From: Macrostomum lignano
Taxonomy: Eukaryota
Direction: 5' to 3'
Assembly: GCA_002269645.1 (NCBI GenBank)
Contig: NIVC01003303.1
Span: 41,123 to 105,122, forward strand
Length of the DNA: 64,000 bases
The position numbers and the translations under genes were made by a program. This document shows, piece by piece, positions 52,340 to 64,000 of this stretch; positions within the stretch are counted from its first letter, which is position 1, and each line of letters begins with the position of its first letter. Under the pieces are notes generated by a model, which worked only from the letters and a program-made list of their open reading frames with translations, was not told the DNA's origin and made no database searches.

Positions 52340-54160
52340 CTGCTTTTTTATCTGTTGTGGAGACGCATCGTTCGCCACAGCGGCAAAAAACACCTGAGCT
52401 TGTTTGGCAACGCTGGCGACCTCAGCCTCTTTTTCTCGTCTGTTGAAAGCACAGAAAGAGGTGGGTTCAAGCGTTGACAGCATATTGAAGACCGAGATGC
52501 TGACTGTGTCTGCTGACGTATCAGCGGACCTGACATGCCACGACGCAGACGCACGCTGCCAGCAGTGGTTCATCACATCAGCGGTCTGGTGCTCCGTGGA
52601 GAAAAAAACCTTTCATATGAGGAGCCAGGCCCGAACCCATTGATCAATCCAAACTAGATGTACACGTATAGCTGTTCTACGTGTTCTCTATACACTACAT
52701 ATACTTTTTGCAATCTGAACTGTATGTCATCACAGCCTTAAAAGATCCCCTGATAAAAATCCGTCTGTATGATCCCGGAGTTCTCGATTTGTGCCCAAGC
52801 AGATTCCTATCAGCTATTCGGCTGCATGCTGCTCACCGCTAGCTCCAACCCTTTGATACCCATCCCAGGCGGGGCTCCGGCCTCGCCAGGTCTGGTCATA
52901 CCGTAGATCCAGGTTCGCCAGGTCACAGAGTGGTGGCAGCCAGTGGGTCATGCAATAACCCAATGATCAATATTTGCACCTTAGCTATCGATGGGGCACA
53001 TTTGGGTCCTTACCGCGTCTCTAATATAGCACTACCAAAAAGTTATCAATATGCATGGGCGGGACAACCTGAAGGGCGATCTGTCGGTCATAGTCTGGTC
53101 ATAGACGGCTGGCAGCCATCCATAGTCATACGATCTGATCCTTCCCCATGAGAAGACGGTTCACTAGTAGGGCGATTACATACATGTAAATCATCATCAG
53201 TTCGACACTTCATCAGGAGTTCTGCATGGCGACACTTTGGCGCCGTTTCTCTTCGTGCTGCTGCCACTGGGTGCTTCGGACCGCAGTCTCCTCGGCTAAC
53301 GACGGCTTCCTGCGCTGCGCAGACGCATCGGTCGCCGCCAAGGTGAAAAGCGCCTTATTATTATTTGCTTGGCTACGCCGACGAACTCGCCCTCCTGTCC
53401 TCGTCCGTTCAAGGTGGCATCCCGCCAGATCGACAGGTTGGTCAAGGTGGCATTGAGCGTCGGACTGGTTGTCAACACGCTAAAGACCTAGGTGCTGACT
53501 GTGCCGGCCGACATCCCAGCGCTAGCGGACCTGACATGTCGCCTCGCAGACGGGCAGATGACCACGCTCGCGCGCACGCTACCAGCGGGATCACCTACTC
53601 GGCGGTCTGGTGCCTCACGTGGACGGACCTCGATCCGGCGGCGCCGAGGACTTGCCTGGGCGGCCTTCCGTTCGATCCGAGCCGACGTCCAGTCCGAAGC
53701 GCTGCCCGACCGCCAGAGGGCTCGTCGGCTGTGGCAGGCGGTGTGCTCTACAACGCCGAGACGTGGACACTGACGGCTACGCTTAGAGCGGCAGCTGGAC
53801 TCGGCGCATTCAGGGCTGCTCCGTGCGACCTTTCGAGCTGATGAGAGCGTCGGGACTGAGGCCCTGTACGATCGGGCCAAGCTGCAGCGCCCGTCCACCA
53901 TCCTGCGCCGGCGGCGACTTCAACTGGCGGGCCACGTACGTGATCCGGGCCGAGGGCTACTGCCCCCAACCTGTTCAGGACGTCCTAGCCCTGTTGCTCA
54001 CTCTGCAGGGCCCGCTCAGGCGGGGTCAGGCCCAAACCCGTCGATACGTGGACTGCCTCCTACGTACGCGACGCCAGGGCGCCCGACACTGCCAACGGGG
54101 CGGACTTCCTCCGCTCTCAGGCTCTGCGGCGCGCCATCTGAAGCACCCTGCTCTGTGACT
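52340..54160 (+). mobile_element. RTE-like non-LTR retrotransposon remnants (RT C-terminal part, frameshifted; two overlapping-homology fragments)
   Basis: LGYADELALLSSS, KT(E)MLTV present twice (~52490 and ~53485), AWAAFRSI, LYNAETWTLT, QLAGHV. Confidence 0.75.
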
Positions 54161-54630
54161 TAATTGATTGCTAGCTGCATAATTTGTTGTTAAGTTGTTG
54201 CTGTTATGAGCTATTAACTTTTACTGTGTATATTTTTTTATTCATTTAAGTAAAACAATTAGTTGAAACAAGTTATACTTCATGTAGTCCCAGGTAATTT
54301 TTTTATAGTCTTAAGAGTAACTAAAAACTAAAACAAAGTTCATCTACGCGTAAATATTTAATACCATCATTATAGAGTGACAGTTTTGCTCAGCAAAAGA
54401 CATTTAAGCATGACTTTTAATGCTTATATTTTATTTTTATGAGGTTAAATTTTCAAAGAAAGTGCAGATAAATTAAATATCTTTTTAAATTATATAATTA
54501 TATATACATGTAAGTAAAATTAAAATTATAATTATAATTATAATATGTAATTAATATTATAATTTTATATTAAAATATAATATAATTATAAATTTATATT
54601 GAAGAGAGGGTGTGTAAGGAAACTTTCGTT

Positions 54631-54811
54631 CAGTAGTGCAACCAGAAATTTTATGAGGGGGCGGATTCTGGAGGGTAAAGTCCCGGGAGGTGGGGCGGAC
54701 GGGGTGGCTCTGTTTTGGCGAAAATTCGCTTGGTCCCCCTTTGATTTTTTGGGTCTCCGCGCCTATAAGAGGGGGGCGACCGCCCCCCGCCCCCACCTGG
54801 TTGCGCCACTG
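54631..54811. mobile_element. Possible small MITE
   Basis: Imperfect TIRs CAGTAGTGCAACCAG / CTGGTTGCGCCACTG around a GC-rich island in AT-rich DNA; TSD not convincing. Confidence 0.5.
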
Positions 54812-55111
54812 CCTTTGCCTTAGTGTATTCTCATTCAAAGCACTTCGAAAGCAATGTGCTTATTGAATTTCGTGTGGATAAGTTTCATATGCGCGCTAAA
54901 ATGACTGACGAAAAAAGTACAATAAAATGTAAAACTATCAAAAAAAAATATAATTTAAATATTTATTGCAATGGCAATGCTTTTTTATTTGATGTTTAAG
55001 TGAAATTGGAGCAGAAATGTTTTTACTTTGTTTATACACTAACTATTTAGAGGCAATCCGGAGTGAATTAATTTAAATTTCGGAACTGAACCGAGAACCG
55101 AAAATCCGGTC

Positions 55112-58100
55112 ATGAGCAAGCAAGTGTGCGCACGCGCGCGCAGACAGTCCAGATCGTCGAACTCATCTATATATTCATTTGACTTCAATTGTCCGAGCTA
55201 CATCAGTATCCGCTATCGGGCATGCTTTTTAAAAGTTTCAGTTTTTTTGACGGGGCTCTAAATAAATGAATATAATTTTTTTGGATATAAGTATTAGGCG
55301 GAACATCCGAACATGTTCATAAACAGATGCTTGTGTTTTGCGGTATAGAGTATTTTGAATATTGCGAATAGAGAGTCCTATGTATTCACGAAATAAAAGT
55401 ATCTTTGTGTAGGGCCTAATCATTAGCTTTTTAATTTTACGATTTTCGATTACTTTTTTGTGAACTTTAAAAACAAGGAACTAAAATTATCCAAGTAGCA
55501 TAGTCATAGGGAATAGGCTAGCTGAAAAAATAGTTTCTATACTTTACTTGATGCTTAAAAGTCACGAAATTTAAAATTTCAAAGATTGATAAAATTATTG
55601 ATTCTTGACATTTTTTGTTAAATTTTTTTATATTTAACTCAGTTTAGGTCTAATATTCTAAGTTTTTGGACTTAAGTTAAAGTCTTCTAGCAATATAATA
55701 TAAAATAAAAATAGGCAGAAAACGAATAAATGTATTCCTATTGCTAAAAACTATAGCTTAATCCTTTAAAACTTTAAAAATTATATAAGTTCTGTTTCTA
55801 TAGATATAGAATGTCATTTCCATTTAATAAAACATATTACTTGCTGATAATGATAATATAATTTTTCAATGAATTCAAAACATCTGTTTTATTCAAAAAC
55901 TTAACTGCTTTCAGTATCAAACCCAACAACTAGCTGATAGCCTGCAACAGGCTATCAAAAATGGTAGCACTAAAAGTGCTTTTCATCTTGTAGACCAGCT
56001 ATGCCAGATTCCTTGTCAGGTATGTATCTACCCAGAGAAATCCCAGCATCAGTTCTTATCCAATCAGCAGCAAGCGGCTCCTCAGATGGTTGTGGCGGTG
56101 ACTCTGCAGTCTCGAGGCGGTCATCTCAGTAGAAAAATTCGACTCTGTCTACCAGGAGGCCCAGCTTCCACCATTGCCGACCTGAAAGAGCAGCTTCTAA
56201 TCAATTTTGGTTTGCCTATCGCCTCCCAATGTTGCATTGTTAATCAGCAAGTTCCAGACGATTTGGTTACTCTGGCTAATCTTGCTGAACAGTCCAGATC
56301 TGGTCAATTATTTGGCATCGAGGTTCTTGTGTATCTGCAGCCACCGCCTCCGGTGAAGGACCATGGGCAAGACAGGTTGGCCAGCGAGACTTGGGCCCCG
56401 CCTACCGAGGAGAGGCTGGCTCAGATTCGGCTGGAGGTTCAGAGGAAGCGAGAAGAATTGATTGCAGCGGCGGAAGCTGCTGCTGCAGATTTTGCTTTAG
56501 AAGATTTCGAAAATCAAGTCCAAGAGGTGAGATTGAGTGAAACTGTAGTCTGTTTCTAGGTTTAACGCTGTTTTCGTATTAAGACTGGGCTGCTACCCGC
56601 CACCCTCCCAGATCCTCAGTTGCTGAGCCAGCCTCCCAGATCCTCAGTGGCTGGGCCAGCCTCCCAGATCCTCAGTTGCTGGGCCAGCCTCCCAGATCCT
56701 CAGTTGCTGGGCCAGCCTCCCAGATCCTCAGTTGCTGAGCCAGCCTCCCAGATCCTCAGTTGCTGGGCCAGCCTCCCAGATCCTCAGTTGCTGGGCCAGC
56801 CTCCCAGATCCTCAGTTGCTAAGCCAGCCTCCCAGATCCCATATCAAGCTACTATCCCTAGCAGCTCGGTAACTAAGTCGATTTATAAGCCGAGTCGCAT
56901 TTTACAATCCAATTATTTATTTCTCATTCGTAGTTTTTCTTTCGAGGCGAAAGTTCAACTACTGGCTAAAACTTGGGTTAAAATAGCGGTTACAATATTT
57001 TTCTTCAACTAATCTCTGTTTGAATGGGTGCCAACAGGATACTGTGTTATTCACCTGAACCTAATAATGCTTTTATCTAATCGCTTTCGTTGCCTTAGCT
57101 ACTAAACTCTTTAGTTTGTGCGACTGTGGAATATACTTTAGAGGACTAGAAGCTAGTTTTTAGGGTAAAAACAGTTTTTTTCAAAAGAAAAAAGTTAATA
57201 AATTTATAAGTTTTCCTAATCCAGGACTGGTTTGGATTTGGAAATGGAAGATTTGGAAGTCCCATCATTGGGAATCATCTTGATCCCAGAATTAGAGATT
57301 TGAAATCCCATCATTGGACTTTGGGATCTTGATCCTAGAATTAGAGATTTGGAAGTCTCATCATAGGAGATATTGATCCCAGAATTAGAGATTTGAAATC
57401 CCATCATTGGACTTTGGGATCTTGATCCTAGAATTCGAGATTTGGAAGTCTCATCATAGGAGATCTTGATCTCATAATTAGAGATTTGAAATCCCATCAT
57501 TGAGGATCATCTTCATCCCAGAATTAGAGATTTAAAGATCCCATCATTGGGGATCTTGATCCCAGAATTAGGGGTTTGGAAATACCATCATTGGGGATCT
57601 TGGTCCCAAAATTAGAGACCTAGAAATCCCATGATTGGGGATCTTGATCCCAGCATTAGAGATTCGAAATTCCAATCATTGGGGATCTTGATCCTAGAAA
57701 TAGAGATCTGGAAATCCCATCATTTGGGGATCTTGGTCCCAAAATTAGAGATCTGGAAATCCCAAATTTGGTCATCTTGAATCTCCTGAACCGCAGCCGC
57801 ACTGGGAGTGTCCCACCTGCACTTGCTGGAACCCGATTCGTCGTCCAGGCTGTCAGGGCTGCGCCACCGACCGTCCAGCTGATGTTGACGCCGACTTGCT
57901 CGCCGCCTACGGTGATGAAGCTGACAAATTGGAGGCTGAGGTGGAGGACGACGATCCGGATAATGTGAGTGAGGGGGGAGCGGAGCGTAGGAATGTCGGG
58001 GGCTATAAGTTGGGTGAAGAGTGAAACTGTCAGTGAAAGAGTACCAATTTTAGAAGTGTCCAGATAGGGAAAAAGTGACCAGATAAGGAGGTGTGACTAG

Positions 58101-61100
58101 ATAGAGGGAGTGACCAGATAGGGAGGGAGTGACCAGATACGAGTAGAGAGGGAGCGACAAGATAGGGAGAAAGTGACCAGTCAAAACAGATAGGGAATGA
58201 GTGACTCTGTTATGGAAAGAGTGACCAGATAGGAAAGAGTGACCAGATAGAGAGGGAGTGACCCTGTTAGGAAAAGAGTAACTAAATAAGGGAAGGCGTG
58301 ACCAGATGGGGAGAGAGTGACCAGATAGGGAAAGTGTGACCCTGTTCGGGAAAGAGTGACCAGATGGGGAAAGAGTGACCAGATAGGGAGGGAGTAACCA
58401 GATAGGGAAAGAGTGACCAGACAGGGAAAGAGTGACTACATAGGAAAAGATTGACCACATAGGGAGGGAGTGACCAGATAGGGAAAGAGTGACCAGACAG
58501 GGAAAGAGTGACTACATAGGAAAAGATTGACCACATAGGGAGGGAGTGACCAGATAGGGAAAGAGTGACCAGACAGGGAAAGAGTGACTACATAGGAAAA
58601 GATTGACCACATAGGGAGGGAGTGACCAGATAGAGAAAGAGTGACCAGAGGGGGAAAGATTGACAGGCTCATGCGCAGGAGAGTCTGTCTGACCCATCCG
58701 CGCTCTCCTTCAGCCTGGCTGGCGCTGTCCGATCTGCACCTACAAGAACCCGCCCCACCGGCCGGGCTGTGCCGGGTGCGCAGCCGATCGACCGGACGGC
58801 TACGAGCCACCGGACGGCTACGAGCCTCCAGAAGATCCGGAGCAGCAGCGGCTGGAACAGCTGCTAGACCAGGAGCTGCGAGATCAGGCAAGAAAGAACT
58901 TCTTTAAATCGAACCGTTTTTATATAATTTCAAATAGCCGATATGTATCGAAAATAATATTTTTGCGAATCATTATGCGTTTGTGTGTGGCTGAAACGTT
59001 TGACTGGGATAATTGGACTATACGTAATGCTAGTATAATTTATATAAAAATATAGAAAATGATACAACTTGATTGCTACTTACTAAAAAATGGAAAATTG
59101 CTGGAAAAATGTGTTGTTCGAATCGCTTGAGATTCGAACCAAGGACTGACGGCTAATTTGAACTCTAACCATCGAAGTATAATGGCGTCTACGACAATTC
59201 TTAAAATTTTTCGAAGAGGAGTAAGTGCTACTTTAATATTTCACTTACCGACAACTACTAAAAGTAATATGATTTAGGGAAATAAATAAACATTTGGCTG
59301 TTTATTTTTAACTTTGAGTTGTAATTTTTTCAGCCGGGCTGGCTGTGCTCAAAATGCACGTACAAGAATGCCCCGTACCGACCGGGCTGCCAGGTGTGCT
59401 CAGCTAACAGACCCGCCGACTACAGACCACCTGCGGGTTACCAGCCACCACCCGAGGTGCTCGCTATGGAGCAGCAGCAGCAGAGAGCCTACCTGGAGAC
59501 TTTTGTTAAGGTAAGACTGACTTATCAAATTGTATTGAGAGATCATATTTTAATTCTTAGATAGTTATAATTCATGAGTGTTCAGATTTCCATAACTTAA
59601 ACTTTAAACCAAAACCCAAAACTCAGCACGAAACCCACAAGCCACAACCCTGCACCGAAACTCAAAACCCGGTACCAAAACCCACAACACAATATAGAAA
59701 CCCATAACACGATAAAGAAACCCACAACTCCATAAAGAAACCCACAACTCCATAAAGAAACCCACAACTCCATAAAGAAACCCACAACTCCATAAAGAAA
59801 CCCACAACTCCATAAAGAAACCCACAACTCCATAAAGAAACCCACAACCCGGTATACAAAACCAACAACCCGGTATACAAAACCCACAACCCGGTATACA
59901 AAACCCACAACCCGGTATACAAAACCCACAACCCGGTTTACAAAACCCACAACCCGGTATACAAAACCCACAACCCGGTATACAAAACCCACAACCAGTG
60001 TATAGAAACTCACAACCTTGTATAGAAAACCCACAATCGGGGTATAGAAACCCACACAAACTTAGATCTCGTAGGCTAACAAAGCCCGACCTCGGTGTGC
60101 AACCGCAGGAGAACCGGATGCAAATGGTCAGCCGGCAGTTCGACTGCGGTCACGAAGAGAAAATTTCTTGGTACGCAAATTTCCGAAGGATCAACAACCA
60201 GTTCTGCTCCAGGTGCTGGTCCATCGCCGCCCAGATACACAAAGAGAAGCTGGCAGGCGCTGGGGCTGATGAAGCGGGTGAAGTTAAGCGAACACCAGTC
60301 ACCGAGGACGATGAGGACACGGCTGTTGAGTACTTTAGGGTGAGCTCGGCCGCGTGCTGCAGGGAATTTACGACCAAGGATTCCAAGTGCAGTCACATTA
60401 ATTCGGTGCTAAATTGGAATCTCGGCTTGGCTCTGCCAACCCCCAAGGCACAGTGAAGTGTACATGCCTAACGATAAATAAAGTTAGGGCCGCTGTACAC
60501 TCCTGTGTGAGTGTGTGCCTGTGCGTATGACTGCGTACGTATCCGCGCGCTTGTATGCCTGCTCAGGGGAGTACAAGCCCCCGCCATCTGTCCCTAATAC
60601 CCAACTCCATCCTCATCTCCAAATCAGGACAAATCGTGAAATTGATTGATTATGAAATAGCAACATCCAAGTAGAAAAACTCGTAGCTCGTACTCTAAAT
60701 ATGATGAAGTTTTAACTATAGTTGGTGTGTGACTTCCTAGTCTAGGCTCGTACTTAGTTTCGTAAGTTTGTATTGCCACGAATTCTGCTTCCAGAGTCCT
60801 TCAATTTTCGTTATTAAGTTTGTCTGCGGACCAACCTAAAACCGAAGCTTCCAGACCGCTTCTTACTTGTATAAAGGACCACTAGGAACATTTTGTTATA
60901 GTATAATCGTTATCGTTCTTCTTCTCATTCATTTTTATTGATTGTCAATCTTATGGGAAAGATTTTAAAGGATATAGGCCAAACTATGCGGGTTCTGTAT
61001 GTGATCCCCTGGCTCAGTGGCTCCGATATATTTTTAGAACCGTCACTAACTACATGTCACTAAGGACACTACATAAGCATGCAAATGACACGTGCAAATG

Positions 61101-62133
61101 TACGTAGAATAAAAGATTAACATAGAAACCTAATTGTCTGAACGAAAAGCTTTAATAAATATCGATAGAGGAATAAGAAAGGCACAACATATCAAAAGAT
61201 GAACACTGGATCTGCCTCCAATCAAAAGCAATAACAATTTATGTGCTGAAAAAATGAAAACTTCCTATCCTATGTCCATAGTGTATTTTTCGGAAAAACC
61301 AGTCTCCTAAATTTTTTTAAGAAACGAAGTTTCCTGTCCTTCGACTTAAGTAGTCCTTGGGTAGTCCTTGACTTGTATATATCCCGGTAGAAACCTACAA
61401 ATCCATTTTCATTCCAACTTCTAACATTTTCCAAGCCTTAACTACTACTAGTAGTGTAAAAGCAAATCTGCTGAATAATTGGAAACATACGTCAAATACG
61501 CTAACTTTGGAATGATAAAAAATCATTCTGTAGACCACTAATAGTTAGGAACAATAGTTTCTTAAAAACACTCTTTTAACGACGCAACAAAAGTTCATCA
61601 CCCCCCCCCTCACCCGGGCACAGGTGCACGATCGGGTGATGCGCTACATAAAACCTGATCACTACATCAAGGTGGTGCAAGTGCAAAGCGTTGAACGCAT
61701 AGAAAACCCCGTATTAGACCAGCGCCTATTCGAATGCTACGATCAGTTGCAGAAGAAGAACTGCGTACCCGAACTGCTGTTCCACGGCACCCGTGGCGAC
61801 ATTGCTGAGAAAATCATCGCCGAAGGTTTCCGCATCGGAGGCGGTGGCATGTTCGGCGCCGGGATCTACTTTGCCACGGATACGACTAAAAGTGCGCAGT
61901 ACTGCCGAGAGAACGGCGTGAAATCCCTGCTCCTATGCGAAGTGGTGCTTGGCAAGACTATGGTGTGCAAAGCGGCTAGGCAGGATTTGAATTTGCAGGT
62001 GGTCACGGATGCCGGCTATGACTCTGTGTTTGCCAAACGGAACACCAATAACAATGGCGGGGTGGCCAATGATGAGTACATTGTGTACCGGCCTGAGCAG
62101 GCCACTCCGAGGTATCTGATCAAGTTTCAGTGA
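55112..62133 (+). CDS. HOIL-1L/SHARPIN-like (LTM-like, UBL, 3x NZF) fused to a PARP catalytic domain, ~627 aa; join(55112..55123?,55915..56526,57797..57964,58714..58887,59334..59510,60109..60339,61624..62133)
   Basis: All junctions phase 0 (one GC-AG donor at 58888). LADSLQQAIKNG...AFHLVDQL; UBL TIADLKEQL...FGLP...Q...TLANL...VYL; NZFs WECPTCTCWNPIRRPGCQGC, WRCPICTYKNPPHRPGCAGC, WLCSKCTYKNAPYRPGCQVC; PARP LFHGT, GGMFGAGIYFA, KSAQY, CEVVLG, NDEYIVY. The 4-codon first exon is tentative. Confidence 0.82.
56600..56840. repeat. 28-bp minisatellite (GCCAGCCTCCCAGATCCTCAGTTGCTG[G/A])
   Basis: Direct periodicity, intronic. Confidence 0.9.
57230..57775. repeat. Degenerate ~45-bp minisatellite (GATCCCAGAATTAGAGATTTGGAAATCCCATCATTGGGGATCTT-like)
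   Basis: Recurrent motif, intronic. Confidence 0.85.
58070..58660. repeat. 19-bp minisatellite (GAGTGACCAGATAGGGAAA) with a 76-bp higher-order unit
   Basis: TAGGGAGGGAG anchor recurs at 58460 and 58536 (4x19). Confidence 0.88.
59620..60058. repeat. 20-21-bp minisatellite (AAACCCACAACTCCATAAAG / AAACCCACAACCCGGTATACA)
   Basis: Direct periodicity, intronic. Confidence 0.9.
60385..60570 (+). mobile_element. SINE family 2 internal fragment (uninterrupted at the Bel/Pao insertion point)
   Basis: Reverse complement matches 25915-26014 joined to 28821-28930. Confidence 0.8.
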
Positions 62134-62289
62134 GTTAATTACAGTGTCTTTCTATATTTCGGATTTGTAATTTCTATTGTGTTCATTAAAACATTACAGC
62201 AAAGTTTTTTTTCTGTGAAGACTAAAATTGATACGCAATTACCTATTTTATCTTTCTGTTTAAACATTTTATTACGGCATTCTATAGTA

Positions 62290-62815
62290 CATGTATATTG
62301 AATGAGTGAGGGGTATTCTATTGTATTTTGCATGAGTAAGGGGTATTCTATAGTATTTTGCATGAGTAAGGGGTATTCTATAGTATATTAAATGGCAGGA
62401 GAGGGGTATTCTACTTATTGAATGGCTGAGGGGGGTATTCTACGAGTAGTATATTGAGTGAGTAAGGGGTATTCTATAGTATATTGAGTAAGGGGTATTC
62501 TATAGTATATTGAGTAAGGGGTATTCTATAGTATATTGAGTGAGTAAGGGGTATTCTATAGTATATTGAATGGCTGAGAGGGGTATTATATAGTAAATTA
62601 AATGGCAGGAGAGGTATATTCTACATATTGAATGGCTGAGGGGGTATTCTATAGTATACTGAATGGGTGAGGGGTATTCTGCAGTATATTAAATGGGTGG
62701 AGAGGGGTATTCTATTGTATATTGAATGGGTGAGAGGGGTATTCTGCAGTATATTGAATGGGTGAGAGGGGTATTCTGCAGTATATTGAATGGGTGAGAG
62801 GGGTATTCTATAATA
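62290..62815. repeat. ~32-bp degenerate minisatellite (GAGGGGTATTCTATAGTATATTGAATGGGTGA) 3' of the PARP exon
   Basis: Recurrent motif. Confidence 0.9.
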
Positions 62816-63194
62816 CATCAAATGGGGATTCGAGTTATAGTTATGTAGCATCCTCCTTTGCGGTTTCAACCCCTCTGCCATCGCTTATATGTCCTATGCT
62901 TCAAGGCTATTTATCCAGCCAGACTTTCTATTGTTATGACTGATTTTTTTCTATTGATCAGAAAAAATTCGTACGCCTAATCATGCTGAATTATCTTTGA
63001 GTTGATATTTTTTAAACAAATTCCCAAGCCGTTGCGCTTTTCTTCTTCTGCAAAACTTCCAAATATTTTCTACATTTAGTGTCGTGGCTAAAGACTTGCT
63101 GTTAAAATATATCTACGAGACACAAATTTTACCGGCAGTTAAACTGCTTCAATTAAAAAAATGTGTGCCTTACTATTGGATGCTTTTGTAGAAG

Positions 63195-63440
63195 AATGTG
63201 GTATTCAAGCCACTCGGACTCGTGACTTGAAGGTCGGGGCTTCGATTCCCGATCCCACTGGAACAATTTGTGTCCCTGTTGAGCAAGACAACTCAACTCT
63301 GCACTGCTTCAGTTCACCCATCTGTAAAATGTGTGCCAGCATTAGCTGGGGTAATTGAGGGTGTGTGGCGACCCCCCAGTCCTTGGACTGAACAGCCGTA
63401 CGCAGCCTTCAGATGCGCCGCGCAATAGCTGCGGCTGAGC
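63195..63440 (+). mobile_element. tRNA-derived SINE family 1
   Basis: GCTTCGATTCC B-box, CAGTTCACCCATCTGTAAAATGTGTGCCAGC core, GTCCTTGGACTGAACAGCCGTACGCAGCCTTCAGATGCGCCGCG tail. Confidence 0.85.
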
Positions 63441-64000
63441 TGTCGTTGCACATCTGCAACCGACCGTAGGTTTGGGTTAGTAGCACCAATGCTCCTGCTC
63501 TCACCAGGTCCTGAGCTCTGGTCCCAATCGTGGCCTCTCGGGCTACATGCCCCTGGTAGTATGGCCCACAGAATAGATCCAGCGGTAGAGCCCCTCTAGG
63601 GCTGATCCGCGGTTAGCCCCTGGCTTTCCACCCCCGTTTAACACAAATATTCGCTTAAATACGAGCGTAAAGATAGTAACTATCATCTAGTGTTGGAGTA
63701 ACAGGGTTGTATAGTTTTAAAAGAGTCCAGTGACGTAAGACCACAAAAAAAGATTAATAAACTGATAGAAGCATGCAAAGACGTACTATAAACAGTGTAA
63801 AACGAACTAAATAGAAATATGTTATCTTAAATAGAGTTCAGTGTTTGGTTGTTGCATCGTGCGAATTGACCTTCCGCTCAAGTCGCAAACGCTGTAAATA
63901 AATTATTCCACATCCGGTAGAGACACTCTGGCAGCCAGTTTAGAAGGCGACCATGATGTTCTGCTGAGGCCTTCGGGCCAAATTAATGTGGCCTCCACGG

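Noticed and set aside
53190-53225. Hammerhead ribozyme core (CCTGATGAAG on the minus strand)
   Set aside because: No GAAA and no stems found in the required arrangement.
56584-56840. Extra Pro-rich coding exon in the PARP-fusion gene
   Set aside because: An in-phase acceptor exists at 56583, but the sequence is a 28-bp repeat without a clear donor; treated as intronic pending RNA data.
59105-59175. tRNA gene on the minus strand
   Set aside because: Has A/B-box-like motifs (TGGTTAGAGT, GGTTCGAATC) but is too short for a cloverleaf; probably a decayed SINE head.

Overview
Repeat-rich, intron-containing animal genomic DNA. It is probably the flatworm Macrostomum lignano, an inference from the minisatellite-filled introns and gene style, not a database result. 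Spliced genes were rebuilt by hand from GT-AG boundaries and reading frames: MKK4/MAP2K4 (- strand, 4 exons); a frameshifted C-type-lectin+PAN gene; three F-type-lectin+PAN paralogues (one frameshifted); three caveolins (two forming an inverted, near-identical pair); a Y-box cold-shock protein; and the standout, a ~627-aa gene whose in-phase exons join a HOIL-1L/SHARPIN-like N-terminus (LTM-like helices, UBL, three NZF fingers) to a tankyrase-like H-Y-E PARP catalytic domain instead of an RBR ligase. Mobile DNA: a full-length degenerate Mag-type Gypsy element, a 5' fragment of a second one, a young internally deleted Bel/Pao element nested in a SINE with no target-site duplication, two tRNA-SINE families, MITEs and RTE-like remnants. 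Other oddities: two degenerate copies of the 28S rRNA R2/I-PpoI target region in adjacent Y-box introns, CpG-depleted domains matching inferred gene bodies, and a different minisatellite in almost every long intron. Most long ORFs in the supplied track over repeats are artefacts.
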